Positions 26,571 through 52,074 of a stretch of DNA of 64,000 nucleotides are shown here, one piece after another. This DNA comes from Gordius albopunctatus (taxonomy: Eukaryota): positions 3,038,001 to 3,102,000 of the forward strand of contig OZ193909.1 of NCBI GenBank assembly GCA_964276515.1. Direction: 5' to 3'. The translations under genes and the position numbers were made by a program. How positions within the stretch are numbered: the first letter of the stretch is position 1; each line of letters opens with the position of its first letter. Under the pieces are notes generated by a model, which did no database searches, was not told the origin of the DNA, and was given only the letters and a program-made list of their open reading frames with translations.

Positions 26571-27404
26571 TCTGAAATGGTTGATCAGGTGGGATCGCGT
26601 TTTTCGGAGGAGCCGAATTTATTTTATTCCTCCCCCATACTTTTATAACGCCAGCTCTACATTTTTTTATCTCCCCCTTATACATTTACAGGTCTAAATT
26701 TTTTACCCTCTCCCTAAACACTCCTGTAGTACCGGCGTCATGGTTATATAACGTAATTTGGATAAATTGGGCACTATATTTGTCACAAAATGACACTAAT
26801 GAAAGGATCGAGACACAAGAAGCAACCTTTTAACCTCTCCACAATCTCAATCTACACATGTCTTAGCGCTATGTCTTTATGATTTAGATATCACTCTATT
26901 CACACTTCTTCTTCTTACTCTACTCACACTCATTCTTATTTGAATATCTTACGGCGATTTAATAATGTTATTCCTATTAACCTCGACACAATGCTATAAA
27001 AACGAATGTTTAACGATACCAGATTATCTTTGGGTTATATATTAATAAAGTAGAAATCCTCTACTTACTTCCTAGTCTATAGCATTCTTTATTTAACATA
27101 TTTTATTTAAATTTTTAACTAATTCAAGCAGCACAATTTTATTTATTTTAAATTCTTCAAACTATATTTTATTCCCAGAGCTTACCTATTTAAACTCGCC
27201 CGTTAAATTAATTGAATTACATAGGAAATTTCAAATATTAAATTTTCTAACCCATAAACCAAGTTTAAGTATAAATTTTATAGTCATTTTCAGAATCAAA
27301 TATTGAACACAGGTTCATCTAGTATAAATTGTTATAATAACATTCGATTTTTTCAATCTTTTCTAAGAACTTTGTGTGGGCCCGCGCGAATTTTGATTTT
27401 GTAG

Positions 27405-36334
<8,930 letters not shown>

Positions 36335-37533
36335 AATAATTTATTTACCGGTGCTTTTTTACGAGATTTTAATTTGAATTCTCGGAATCTCAACTGTTTT
36401 TAATTATGCATTTAACCAGGAACATCATCATTATTTCCTGCTAGTCAATCATATCTTCATTCTTATTTTTTATATTAAAAATTGTTTACTAATTTTGATA
36501 GCCATCGTTTTTTGGTGTAAAATTTCATTTTTAAGAAATTCAATAAATAGTTATGAATTTATTCACGTGTAAGGTGATGCTAGATGTGAAGATATTAAAT
36601 GTGACTTAAATGCATAGCGTAATTTTTTTTATTTTAATTCTAAGTCTCTTAAGTGTTATAGAAACTTTGCCTTGTAATTATTTATTTTTGATTGTAAATT
36701 ATGAAAATGTGCTTCTAGCTTCATTTTGTTAACAATCCCTTTGCACTATTTTATTCAAAAAAGCTATCTACCTACCCTATGGTGGTAGTCAGCTTTTCCT
36801 TAAAAATTTTCACCTTTCTCTACTTTTATGATTTTGCATGTTTGGATCCTACTGTAATTCGTTTTACCGCCTGACTTTAGTTTTTCCTTTTAAATAGCCA
36901 TAATCTCATTAACATGATTATATTATCTAATTTTATCATCCCAAACAGTTCGAATAAAAGTTGTGCTTAGGATTTCATTTTCATCTTGTATTTCAGGGCT
37001 TCGGGCCGCACGTGCAGTTCTCTACTCTTGGCAAATTTTGTTTGAAGGCATTTTGATAATGTGATTTTTTTTCCTTGCCATAGTATATGATACCCCTTTA
37101 CTACTTCTTTACTTCACTACGACTATCTCATAACTCTCTCAATTTTCTCGCTTCTCCCTTAAACCCATTTTCCCGTTGTCATTGTTATGGGGGCCATAGC
37201 ATACCATGATCTTTACAAGAAATAATTTCCTTGTATTCAACATATCTCATACCTTCTTCGTGAAATTGTTGAACAAATAAATTCAAATTTGCCCTCGGAT
37301 TCCTCCGGCTACGCATTTGTTTCACCGGAGGCGTTTATTAAAACTACTCAAAACTACACTGTATTATACAAAAAGCGCGCGTATGTTTCGATAATATAAA
37401 TGGCGAAATTTAAGAGGTGATTAAGGTGGAAAAAGGGGATAAAATGGCAGAAGGTTGCAAGGGGCTATAACGTGAGTGGGGAAAAACGAACGAATGAAGC
37501 CCCAGGCGATTCCGTGGTTTATATAGCGATAAA

Positions 37534-38165
37534 TCACCCGATAGGGTTAATGTTCTGTTCTTCTTCTGCTTCCTCGATTTCGCCATCCCAAAACCCCAGA
37601 TCGATTTGTTCTTCGCTGATTGGTTCGTCCAGCAGATGTTCGAGTAAACGGGCTGTGTGCTCCGGAACGGGGTACCAGGTTCTAGAGACTTCATCTGCCG
37701 GGTTGGTATCGGTGCTTGTCTGTTTGATATTAAAGTGTATGGCTAGCAAGGCTTGTAGTCCGTGCTTGGTGACGAAAGTCCCAATTAGATCTTCGACTAA
37801 GGGGAGTTCGATCCCCCTTTTCGCAAAACGTAAAAAGCTGTGGCTGAGTCCGTGATGATTCGTGGGAAAATATGTCCTTTCTCTCTTGCCAGGACATACC
37901 CGTAACAAGCTGCTAAAATTTCGGTAAGGGTGATGTGACCTTCGCCTGGCCATTGCCACCCAATTTTGTTAGCCGCTTGTTGGAACGTAGCTGATGTGAG
38001 CTGTCCGTTCCATTCGACCCCTATGTGTGAGTTAGAGGCATCTACCGCTAACGTGGTGGTGTATTGTTTATGTAGTGGGGTGGAAGCGTGTCGCCCACTG
38101 CTCTCAGGATTTCTTTTAGTTTCGTCGTTGCCGTAAGGAATTTAGTCCTTACGGCGGCCATCATT
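37534..38165 (-). pseudogene. Degenerate retroelement RNase H domain (hepadnavirus/HEART- or DIRS-like) with acidic tail
   Basis: Hand translation across two frameshifts: LAVDASNSHIG...GWQW..HITLTEILAACYG...IITDSATAFYVLRKGGSNSP/LVE...TNPADEVSR, giving a D-E-D-D tetrad. Confidence 0.7.
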
Positions 38166-39889
38166 ATATGTTCCATTACGATCAAAATTTAGTGAGGTAT
38201 GATCTTTACGTTTTGACCATTCTTGAGTTAAGTTGTGTTGACGAGGGTTAAATCAAACTGAGTAGAACAAATACCACTTTTAAAATAAATTATTAATTTC
38301 TGGGCTCGCTTTTTCCCTTTCTTAAGGCTTTGTTAAATAATAGCTTGACACTTGGACAGAATTAATTTTTATTACAATGCTTGACTCACTTTTAATCACA
38401 TTCTCTTGGGAAATTTTGCATTGGGCGTCGAACACATATACTTAAATTCGTAATCTTGCATTGTGATATCATATGCTTTTTCTAAAATGTCTCAAAAATA
38501 CAATGGCCTAGGCAAGATTGCCTAAAGGGACCAGCTTTGAAATTTTATTGATAATAATAATAATATGAAGAAAAAAGTTTATAATTGCGTTGTGTTAGAA
38601 ATTTCGATTAAACACATATTTAATTAAAATAATTATATACATTTAGTATTCACGATGGCTTTTTGATAAAAAATGCATTAATATTAGATTTTACATAGAA
38701 ATGTATAAACATTTAAATTATTAAAATTTTGTGACTCAATTCTGCCTGTGGCGGTCTTACCTCCAAGGTCTCAATTTGAGAGCTTCTTTCAATTTTTCTG
38801 AATAAGGCAACCAGCATTGTTTGAACTAAAGATATGCACGGGCCTTTTAGTTTAAATTAACCCAAAAGTGCAAAAATTTACGGGCCCGTTAAGATTATAC
38901 GACCGAACCCCAGCAAATTTTCTGCAAAGCACCGGCCCAGCCTGAATCCCCTTCCCGGAAAAAATTATTTATTTTGCTGCTTTTTAAATGCAAATTTTTT
39001 GTCAATATCAATAATAAAACAATCATTTATTTATAAGTAGAATTTTTCAATAATCATATTAATAAAACCTCAGTCCCAAACGAGTTTTTGTTCTAACAGG
39101 CGACCCGCCGTTTAACTTTCACTAATAGCACTTGTTGCTGCATGAAATTATTTATTTCAAATACAGCAACTCTTTGCAATGTTAATTTTGTTCAATAAAA
39201 ATTACTTAGTATTGTTTATTTTCACTTTTATAAAAAAATAAAACCTTTTGGATTCACTTATTTAAAAGTCACAAGTTCTATTAATAAATGATGAGGAAAG
39301 TTAACATTATGATTATTATAAAAGTTACATAATTATAAAAGTCATTTGGAATTAGAGGTGTGCACGGATCAATCCGATCCGTCCGAACTCGGATTGGATC
39401 GGATCAAAATTTTAATTTTGGAAGTCAGATCGGATCAACATTTTATTTTAGTCGGATCGGATTTTCAAATTTAAAATAAAAATAATAAGTTCTAATTAAT
39501 TAAATTAATAATTTTTACTATACCTTTTCATAATTATCTTTGCATTCTTTTTTTACTTTACCATTTTTGATGCCCAATATCACCTTACTTACTCTAACAT
39601 ATTTATCAGTATTTCCTTAGCGTTTTTCCCTAGCCAGAATTTCTTGTTTGGCGAGAAAGGAGCTAGTGTCAATGATAAATCAACATCTCCCGTTTCCTTT
39701 TTAGCACACGCATCTCTTTCTATCTCAACTCAACTCCGAAAATCATCAATCACAATCCCCCTTTCCTTAAAGCACACGCGTAGATCCTTTCTATTGTTTA
39801 TCATATTAAAAACCGTCATGGAAGTAATAATAAAAAAAAATTAAAAGAAATATGCTTCAACAAGTTAAAATTTGGAATACACCTTTTCT

Positions 39890-42800
39890 TATAAATTAAA
39901 AAACCAGATGGTTCGATCCGATCCATTGTTGTTGGATCAGTCCTCCGACGCATGGTTTCGAAAATAATCACCCCTCGAATCCGTTCATCTTTAACGGCTT
40001 TTCTCCTCCCAAACCAACTTGGTTTTGGCGTGAAAGGAGGATGCGAGGCTGCTTCCCATATAACTCGAACATTTCTCGAGTCTTCCTGGCCAAATGACCT
40101 CCTGGTGAAACTCGATTTTAAAACGCTTTTAATAGCGTAAACCGAGCTGCCTTTATTGAACCGTTCATACTACAATTTCCGTAATTCCATCAGTTTCTGT
40201 TAAATAGTTATGGGAACCCAACGTATCTACTCTTTGGGGGCCAAATTATCAAATCATCCCAAGGGATCCAACAAGGAGATCCCTTGGGCCCGGCCCTCTT
40301 CTGTATGGCGATCCAAACAATCATCAATAAACTCTACTCTCTAGGAACCTTCTCATGTAATCTATGGTAACTTGATGACGGATTCCTGGTCGGCCCAGCC
40401 GAAGCAGTCCGGAAAATCCCAGAGATCATCAATTTCTACGCAGACGCAATATCGCTCAGCCTAAATACAACGAAATGTGAGATCTTCACCAAAGATCTCT
40501 ACCATTTCCAGTCATATCAAGAGATAACTTTCACTCAGAGTTGTTAAGGTGCGCGCACGTCAAGAGCGCGCACCGGATTTGCGGTGCGACGTGCTGGTGC
40601 GCGCACTTTTTTATAACGAAGAGCGAGTGCAGGTGCGCGCACCTGATTAAGTCGCAATTGCGCTCCTGTTTTGCGCGCATTAAGAGTTTTACAATTTTTT
40701 TTTTAATTTATATATGTTGTTTATTTGAACGTAAGAACATTATAAAAACGACGTGTCAACATTCGAGGAATATAAAAGCGGGTGTAAAACTAAATAAAAA
40801 TATTATGATTCAAAAATGTCGCATGTGTCATCTTTTAAAAGTGGCCAATCGAAATTATATTATATCGCATATTTCACAAATTAAATTTCTACTGATTTAC
40901 TATATATAACATACATCTATGTTCCCGGTGGAGAAGATAACAAGGCAGGAAATTGGTTACTATCGATAGACAATAAAAATAATCCAATGGCGATATTTTA
41001 CCTTATTCACGTATTTACTTTATCAATCAACGATTAATCTTTACACTTTTGAACTCGTCGCTTAATAAATAAACTATAGAAAAACACTAAAACGATTGAA
41101 GTTTAATAAGATTACAAATTTAAAAACACAGACAGGTAATTTGATTAAAGAATTACAATAGAATATTCAAATAATGATAATATATTTAATTCAACGTTTT
41201 TTGGAATATTGTCATCTCCCGTTAATATCTTAATATTTCAAACACTTTTAGACCTATCTTTACTATCGTAAGTTTAATCACATATAATGATCAAATTACA
41301 ATTAATTTTCATTAAAATATATTAAATTAGTTAATTAATTTTAATTATTATTTTATTATTTTGTATTATTGTATTGGTTGTCACAGTACTCCTTATCCAA
41401 TTTTTACTCTTTTCTTTTCTCATTGCTTATATATAACACTTTAATATGATAGTGAGTTATGGAAATAGAAGAATCAAGCATAAATGTAGCAAGCACATCA
41501 TGCATGAAAATTTTTTTGATTTCCAAAATATGCTAATATGTTTAAACTTAAAGATAATCAGCATAATACACTTAATTTTGAGGTGCAATGTCTTTTATGC
41601 AGCAATGCCAAACTCAAGACTTCTTCTAGATCTTGTTTCAATTTGACTAGGCATCTAAAGGTAATCTTGTTACTTATTTTTTATTTAATAATTAGGTAAA
41701 TAAAAAATTTATAGAGATTTTGTTATAGTGCAATCAAATTTTATGTGCAGGTGCGAGTGCGCGCACCTTTGTTAAAACTGGTGCGAGTGCGCGCACCGGA
41801 TTTTCCTCAATGTGCGAGTGCGGCACCGGTTTTTGAAGTGCGTTTAACAACTCTGCTTTCACTACTTAGGCGCCCCTATTGGAGGCGTCAAAATAACTGA
41901 AACATTCTTAGAGCATTTCTCCGACTTCATTGACTCCATAACCCACACCCTGAAGCGTCTTACTCCCTACCATGCTTTTTTTCTCTTTAAAAACTTTCTC
42001 TACCCAAAATTAACTATGCTTTAGGCGCTTCGCCCCTCTTCCTAAGCGTTAACCTACTCCACGCGATGGGAAAAAATACAATTGTTAATCGAAAGGTGTC
42101 TAAACCTTAAATTTAGCCCCCTCCAATGGCTCCAAGCCACCCTTCCCTCCAAGAGTGGTGGTATAAGCATCCGACCCCCCCCCCTTTACTTTCACTTGCA
42201 GGGTTCATCTCATCCCGTTTATCAACGGTTGAGTTAATCAAACAAATTACTAACACCCGAGACCCGCACCTCGACAGCGCCCTTCAGGTATGGGAAGACA
42301 GGACTTCAAACTTGATTCCGGAACTCACCCAACTGGAACCACCCAAAAGGAATGGGATTTATCACTGATAGCACGTTCCGTAGCTTACCTCACTTCGAAC
42401 AACCTATCTTTGGGAAATCTCCACTTCAATTGGGCATCCTCCGTGGGTTACGAATGGCTCGAGGCCCTACCAAGCCAAAACCTAGGGTTACACTTGTCGG
42501 GGGAGGAACTTCAAATATCTGTAGACCTACGCCTCGGCTGCGACATTGTGTCCCCATTCAACTGCGACCTCTGTCGCCAACCCGTTCTAGCAAACGGCCA
42601 TTATCCTCTGCACTGCCAATACAGCAAGGGGCAGCATCCCTGTCATGCCACAATAAATAAAATAATCGAACAATTTTTGAAGAAAGCCGGCTTTCCCAAT
42701 TCAATGGAACCCACTGGCCTAAGCTCCACTGACGGTAAAAGACCCGACTGTGTAACAATCATCGCGTGGACTCGTTGCCTAAACGCCTGCTGGGACTTCA

Positions 42801-43218
42801 CTACAGTTGATATATTTGCCAAATCTAACGCCTCTCCTGACCTCATCTCTTCCACTGAGAGAAAGAAAGTGGAAAAATACAAATATACCTCAGCAATATT
42901 ATTTTTATACCAGTAGTAGCCACGATTCTCAGTAATTTAGGTCCCTAGGACAGCCAATTCCTTAAACAAACTTCAAAATTTATAACCTCCATCACACACG
43001 ATCCCAAAAAATTTTTCTAGATCAAGCAGAAAATCACAATGAAAATTGTAAAATCTAATACAATCTCTATCCATGGCTCAATGCCAGCTTATAAATGTAA
43101 TATATTTTAGCATATAACATACATAATTATTTGGATTTTAAATATTAATTCAATTTATTCTTTCATTGTTATATATACAATCATCATTTAAAGAAATAAA
43201 ATTTAACGTTTAAAAAAA
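39890..43218 (+). mobile_element. CRE-like (restriction-like endonuclease) non-LTR retrotransposon, degenerate, split by a hAT element
   Basis: KKPDGSIR, QLGFGVKGGCEAA, KLDFK, GIQQGDPLGPALF, (Y)LDDG, LGAPIG, LRLG..C..C..H..HC knuckle, GKRPD..W....WDFT..D endonuclease; stops and frameshifts; A-rich 3' end. Confidence 0.85.
40536..41855. mobile_element. hAT non-autonomous element (1320 bp) inserted in the CRE-like copy
   Basis: TIR CAGAGTTGTTAA / TTAACAACTCTG; perfect 8-bp TSD CTTTCACT; subterminal GTGCGCGCAC repeats at both ends. Confidence 0.93.
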
Positions 43219-46201
43219 TTGCAAAAATAAACACGTTATTTAAATAATTTTGCTAAACGTTGTCGGCCGAGCCGGTTTGGTTACCTAAAGCCCGTCCAAG
43301 CCCGGCACGTAAATTTTTTTATCAAAAGCTCATCCATGTCCGACACGTTTATAGGCCATCCGAAAGCTGGTTTTTAATTTTACCTTTGTCAATGCCAACC
43401 ATCTTTGCTTTAATAAAGTCATCTAAAAGTATACTTTAAAACTCAATTTACCAAAGCATGAGGATCTTTAATTCTTATTTAAATTGAATCATCAATCTCT
43501 ACGGTAGAATTTTCACTCAGCTTTTAAAGAGATTTTAAAGTTTAAACGAAATCTGAGTAAAGCGCTAAAAATGCTTTGTGAAATTATTATTTATTTTGAG
43601 TATTTATTATTATTTGTATATTTTTATTATAAGTTTAAATAAGCATGTTAAAATGCATAAAAACCTCATCTTATTAATTATCTTAATTGCTAAATATTGA
43701 CTTGTATTAGCATCTTCCTCTTCTATTTCAAAAGTTGAGACATTAAATTAACCTTCATTTCATTTCAAAACACGTACTAGTAGATTTCCAGATTAATTAA
43801 GGTGTTTAATTATTTCTAGCAGCGCAACACTAACAATAGTCCTAATAATATTTTCAAGTTTTTCCGTATAATTCGGAAATTTTTTTAAAATATTTCGTCA
43901 ATAGGAGGGAGGGGCACTAACCCTAAAACTCACCTTTGCCTACGGAAAAATATAAGTTTGACCATTAACAAAGACCAGTATCTTTGGGACAACCCTGCCA
44001 CTAATTGACACAAAAATAATGAAATAGGTGAATCCTTGGGTCACGGGGGTGTATAAGCTCAGCCAATACTACAAGAAAATATGTCTCTTTTGAGAATGAT
44101 AACAGTTTTAAACGGTATTAATATTATACCGAGCAAAAATTAGTTTTCTTAATAAACTAAAACATCCTGCTTAAATTGCATAGCAAATAAATTGCATCTC
44201 TACGAAGTGTAGAAGAGACAAGGTTTGAGGCTCTAAAAACATGGGGCCCGGGTGCGGTGACGAAGTCCTAAGACCCGAAAATTTGGCGCAGTGGCAAAGC
44301 CTTTGGCCACGTTTAAAGGGCCCACAATACTTTTATTTTTGTATGCCTAATTTTTATTAATGTATTATATTTATTTCAAGTTAGAAATGGTAAATAGAGT
44401 ATTATAGTTGATATCTTAAACTTTTTAGATTGATGCATACAAAATAGTATTTTTTATTAATCTTAGTTTTCAACTGATTAAGTTTAAAAATATTTTAACT
44501 AATATCAAATATTTTTGGTTTAGTTAAATTAGTCTAAAATTAGAGATTAAAACAGGCGGTATAATTATGGCTTGTAGTAATTTTTATAATATAGAGCGAA
44601 ACTTTTGGGCCTTCGGATCACAGTTCGGATCCATTAAAAATTTTCTCCCCGAACCCGGCTCGGTCCGAAATTAAGCTACCCGCTACAGAGACCAGATTTT
44701 CCTGGCCTGGCCCGCTGCTCGAACCTTCCCGCCCCGTCCACGAGCCGGGCCAGGCAACTGTCGTAAATTTTAAATATCGCATGGGCCCGGGCGGGCACCA
44801 TAACAAGATTCGGGCGATTCGGGCTCAATTTTGCTTTTAAAATAATGTATTATATTGTTTTTGTGTATATTTTGCCACTTTTTTAAATTGATTTCATAAT
44901 GTTTGTTAATTTTAGTTCTGATTTAAAAAAAAATCAAAAATTAAGATAAAATTTTTGAAAATTATAACGATATTAGTGCTAACAATTTTAAAACATACCA
45001 TTTCGGGCCGTAAAATTCGGGCAGCTCTGATAATTCGGGCATTGCGGTGCGGACACATAGAAGGGTTCGGGCGGGCAGATAAATTATAAAATCGGGCCGG
45101 GACGGGTTCAGGCAGAAAAATTCTAACAAATCTGACCTCTGAGTTGCTCGGTCTAGCCAGAGCCTTTCTAAGTTTCTGCAGGCCAAGCTGCCCGAACTGC
45201 CCAGCCGGAGATGATTTTTTTATAAGCAATATGTCATTATAAAATTTATTTTTGTTTCCGATTTTTTTGGATGAGAATCAGGATTAACAAATATTATACA
45301 ATCAATTAAAAAGGTGACAAAATAATGCACAAAAACATAATATTAAATTATTTTAAAAAAATATCATTGAGTCCGAATCCTGTTATGGTGCCACCCCTGC
45401 CCCAAAAATATATATTTATTAAAGTTGCCCGGGGGGCGAATTCGGGTAGCGTGCCGGGCCGGGCTTTATTGGTCTCAGCTTATGATGCAGTATTATATTC
45501 ACACCTAAAAAAAATGCGCACAAAAATTTTTTATTGTTTACTAGGGAAATAAAAGGGAAACTAAATAGTCTAAAACGGTTTAATAGTTCAAGACTTAATT
45601 TTTTAACTAATGCACATAAAAATTTTAGCATCAGAAGGCTATGGTGTAGAAGTAAATGTTCCTGATATAATGACCCTGGAAAATTATTGGAGTAGTAACG
45701 ACATTTTTATAGGTTTAACAAGGGTGGCAAATGAGTTAAACTAATAGCTCTAGCTATATTAGTCAGTGAACATAAATTTTTGCTGAAAAAATTTAAATTG
45801 TTGATTTAGTCCTTTCTATTATAATTTCATGATAAAAAAATTATCCTTTAATTTACCATTTTTACTACAAACTTTAGATCAATTAATGTTAAGGGGAAAT
45901 ATCATTTACAAACGCTGAAAATATCCAAGAACTTCAGCTTGATCAGAATTTGAAAAGTATGAAGAACGTGTTTTTATAAATGCTTGTGCTCTAATACGGT
46001 ATCTCATCTGGTTAAAGCACCACACGTTTCACACCAGGATTTTTGTGCTTTGCGTAAGATGAAGATGCGAATTAAAAAGAAGTTTCTACTAACTGCTGTG
46101 CTGTGCTGAGTGAGAGACGGTTTCCCAACACGCAGTGTTGCATTGATAGTTCGGGGGTTAATTATCATTGGAAGCTGCTAGGTTAGACTTTTTACATCTT
46201 A

Positions 46202-47114
46202 CATATATTGGGAATCGCAAAGGGGGCAGGGGTTGTGCGATCGCTAAGTTCTGGGCAGGCAATTAAATTTCCTTTTATGGAAATCAGTTGGAAAGGGGAG
46301 AAAAAATTGTTTTTGCCACATGCAGGCGCATCGGGAACTACTTTAACTTCCCTTATAAAGCTCTCACTTCTAGTTTAGTTCTAAGGGAAAAAGTTAGCTC
46401 TCCCCATACCTTTGCCGTCTTGGCCTAATTAAGTTAGGTTACTTCGATTCCAACTTGGGTTTACAAAATTTTTTGGGCTGAATATATTACATGTAAAAGG
46501 AGTGATAAGCATTTTAACCATGAATATTAATAATATTAATTTAACAATTTTAATTTCTATGGAATTAGAGGGGTGCAATAACGATTTAGGGAAGGTAAAA
46601 ACGAACATTTTTTTGAAATTTTAGCCAATAACTAATAAATTTCAATATATTTTAGGATTTAGAGGGGGCAGCCGCCCCTCCCCCCTTTGTACGCCTATTT
46701 ATGGAAATATAAATGTGGAGTTTTATTGTATTTTGGTTTGAAAAGATCTTTCTAAAATTAGTGGATTGTAGTGGCGCATCGGCGATTTCAGAAATTTGCA
46801 AGGTTAAGGTTGTATTAAGTCATCCTTGCTCACGGTTTTTATAAGCGAATAATCGATTAATTTTATTGCAAAAAATTTACACCGCTAAATAAAATGTTGA
46901 ACATTATTGGTCTGCCGCCGCCGCTATCAAATTATTCCCAAAACTTTTGATCAAATTCTCAAGCTTACAAATTCACTACAAACGATTGACATAAGCTATA
47001 TCTTGATTTGTTCTAAATGCACTCCTTCCCTTACAGTTTGAAAACTGTGTAAGCATATGTGCCTGCCTAAGCCTGACTGTAAAAGGTTAGGGGTCCTATA
47101 CTTGCTTTATATGG
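46202..47114 (+). promoter_or_regulatory. Cluster of CArG/CArG-like boxes upstream of actin
   Basis: Canonical CCTTTTATGG at 46271-46280; one-mismatch variants at 46202, 46351 and 47105 (also 48660 in intron 1). SRF sites are typical of actin promoters. Confidence 0.4.
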
Positions 47115-47958
47115 AATGGAGGGTTAGTAGGGGCTGGGGGAGTGGGAGTATTGGCTTTTATTCAATTAGAAGGGGGGGGTAAAGTAAAATCAATTTGCGA
47201 AATAAAAACTTCTAGAAACATAGAACTCTTCTCCTAACACAACATATGCGTTCTGCCGTCAATTCAGAACATCACTGCAGAACTATGCTATGCACCCGAC
47301 CCGAGCGCAAGCAGGCCTTCCCTCTCCCCATCATTGATCCCTGACTTAGAAACTTGATAATAATTTATTTTCCCCGTTTTCTTTTCCGATACCAACACAA
47401 TGCCGAACAGGCCCGCTCTCTTTCAACGAAATTAGGGTGGCTCCTATTTAAGAAGTAAACGCGCATGGCAAACAAAATCACGGCTGTTATCTAGCGTCGA
47501 TGATGTCAGTTTTATTATTATGGTAGATTCTGGGAGTTGGTGAGCAAATAAACAACATAAGCTTAGTTATTAGAAATAATAATAATAAATAGTATTATTA
47601 TTTATAAATACCCATTCCCTCATTCCCAGCACCCCCCTGTTCCAATTTAGCGCATTAGACTTTAACACTGTTCTGCTTTGCTGCTATCACAAATTTTTGC
47701 ACTCTTTTAATCTTTGCTTAATAAGCTTCCCACACCAGACACGTATAAATAGCATTATTCTAAAATTTTAGAACCCACAATTTTGTCGTAAAAAAGTAAA
47801 TAAGAACTTCTCTATAAACCGTTAACTTTATTAGACTCCCTTTATTAATTATTTAGCAATCTCGAAAGGCAAACTCGCACATATTTATATCACTTTTTGT
47901 TTGAAATAATTTTAGAATCGTTCTTTCGTGTTTAATTCTCATCCAAATCCAAATATAA

Positions 47959-51016
<3,058 letters not shown>

Positions 51017-52074
51017 GCCATTTACCTACCGCGCCATCTGTCAAACATCAACTATCTGCAGCTATACACCACACACCTTATCATTTTCATCATTACTATG
51101 TTATGCGTTTATTCATTATGTAAGCTATCACAAACGAGCATCACACGCCTCTACATTGACTCTTCGAAATGTTTTACCTTTTGTACATGAATGAATTACC
51201 ACTGCTGCTATGACATTTTATTACATTATGAATCCCAAAATTACCAACTTTTAATGGTGACCACCACCTTTCCCCACAATTTAAATGTGTTTTGTGTTTG
51301 GTTTTCTTAAATTTTAACCTATTAAAGTATAATTTAATTTATCATTTTTTGTAAAAACAGCCTCATAATAAATACTGAAAAAATGATTCATTACCAGTGT
51401 CATCTACCTTTTATAACTGTCAAAAATGGATATTTTGCAATTTGTTCACCCGAATAATCTTATTAGTAAACACTTTTCGTTTAATACAATGATTACCTTT
51501 TGTAAACTGTAAATTAGACATTAACTCGTCCTGATTATTAATAAATTATTACCGATATATTGATAGTACATTTGCCCTAAAACATTTAATAATCTATATT
51601 GGGCATCATATGCCTAATAAGACCATCTAAGAGACTGGTGACGTTTTTTAGCATTTAAAATGACAATATTAATTTCTACTTAAAGCTTATTTGCGTCGAA
51701 TTTAATATAATAAATCGTTATATCCGTTAATTGAATACATAGGATGTCATAAAAACAACACTTAAATTAAAAAATGTTATTCGAAATAAGTTCAGCCTAT
51801 ATTATATAAGCAACTTAGTAAAGTTGAGTCTATTAAGCTGCACAGATTCTTAGTTTTTTTAGATTTAACAACTTAGTATATAATATTTCCTTTCCCTAAT
51901 TTTGTCGAAAAGGATAGTTAATGTCATGCCTAGCCGTCCACAAGGTTGAAATGAAGGAAAGAAAAATAACCTTTACAAAACAACGTCATGCATTAAGAGA
52001 CAAGATTGGCTCTGCTATGTGAAAGTTCAAAATGAGATAAGTTATACTAATTTTTTTACATGGTGGAAATGAAT

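Noticed and set aside
26740..26990. Possible LTR next to the CsRN1 remnant
   Set aside because: No convincing TG..CA pair with PBS/PPT, TSD or second copy.
44230..45480. GC-rich island with short ORFs
   Set aside because: Made of scattered CGGGC/GCCCG motifs typical of decayed DNA-transposon subterminal repeats; no termini, TSD or protein motif could be fixed.
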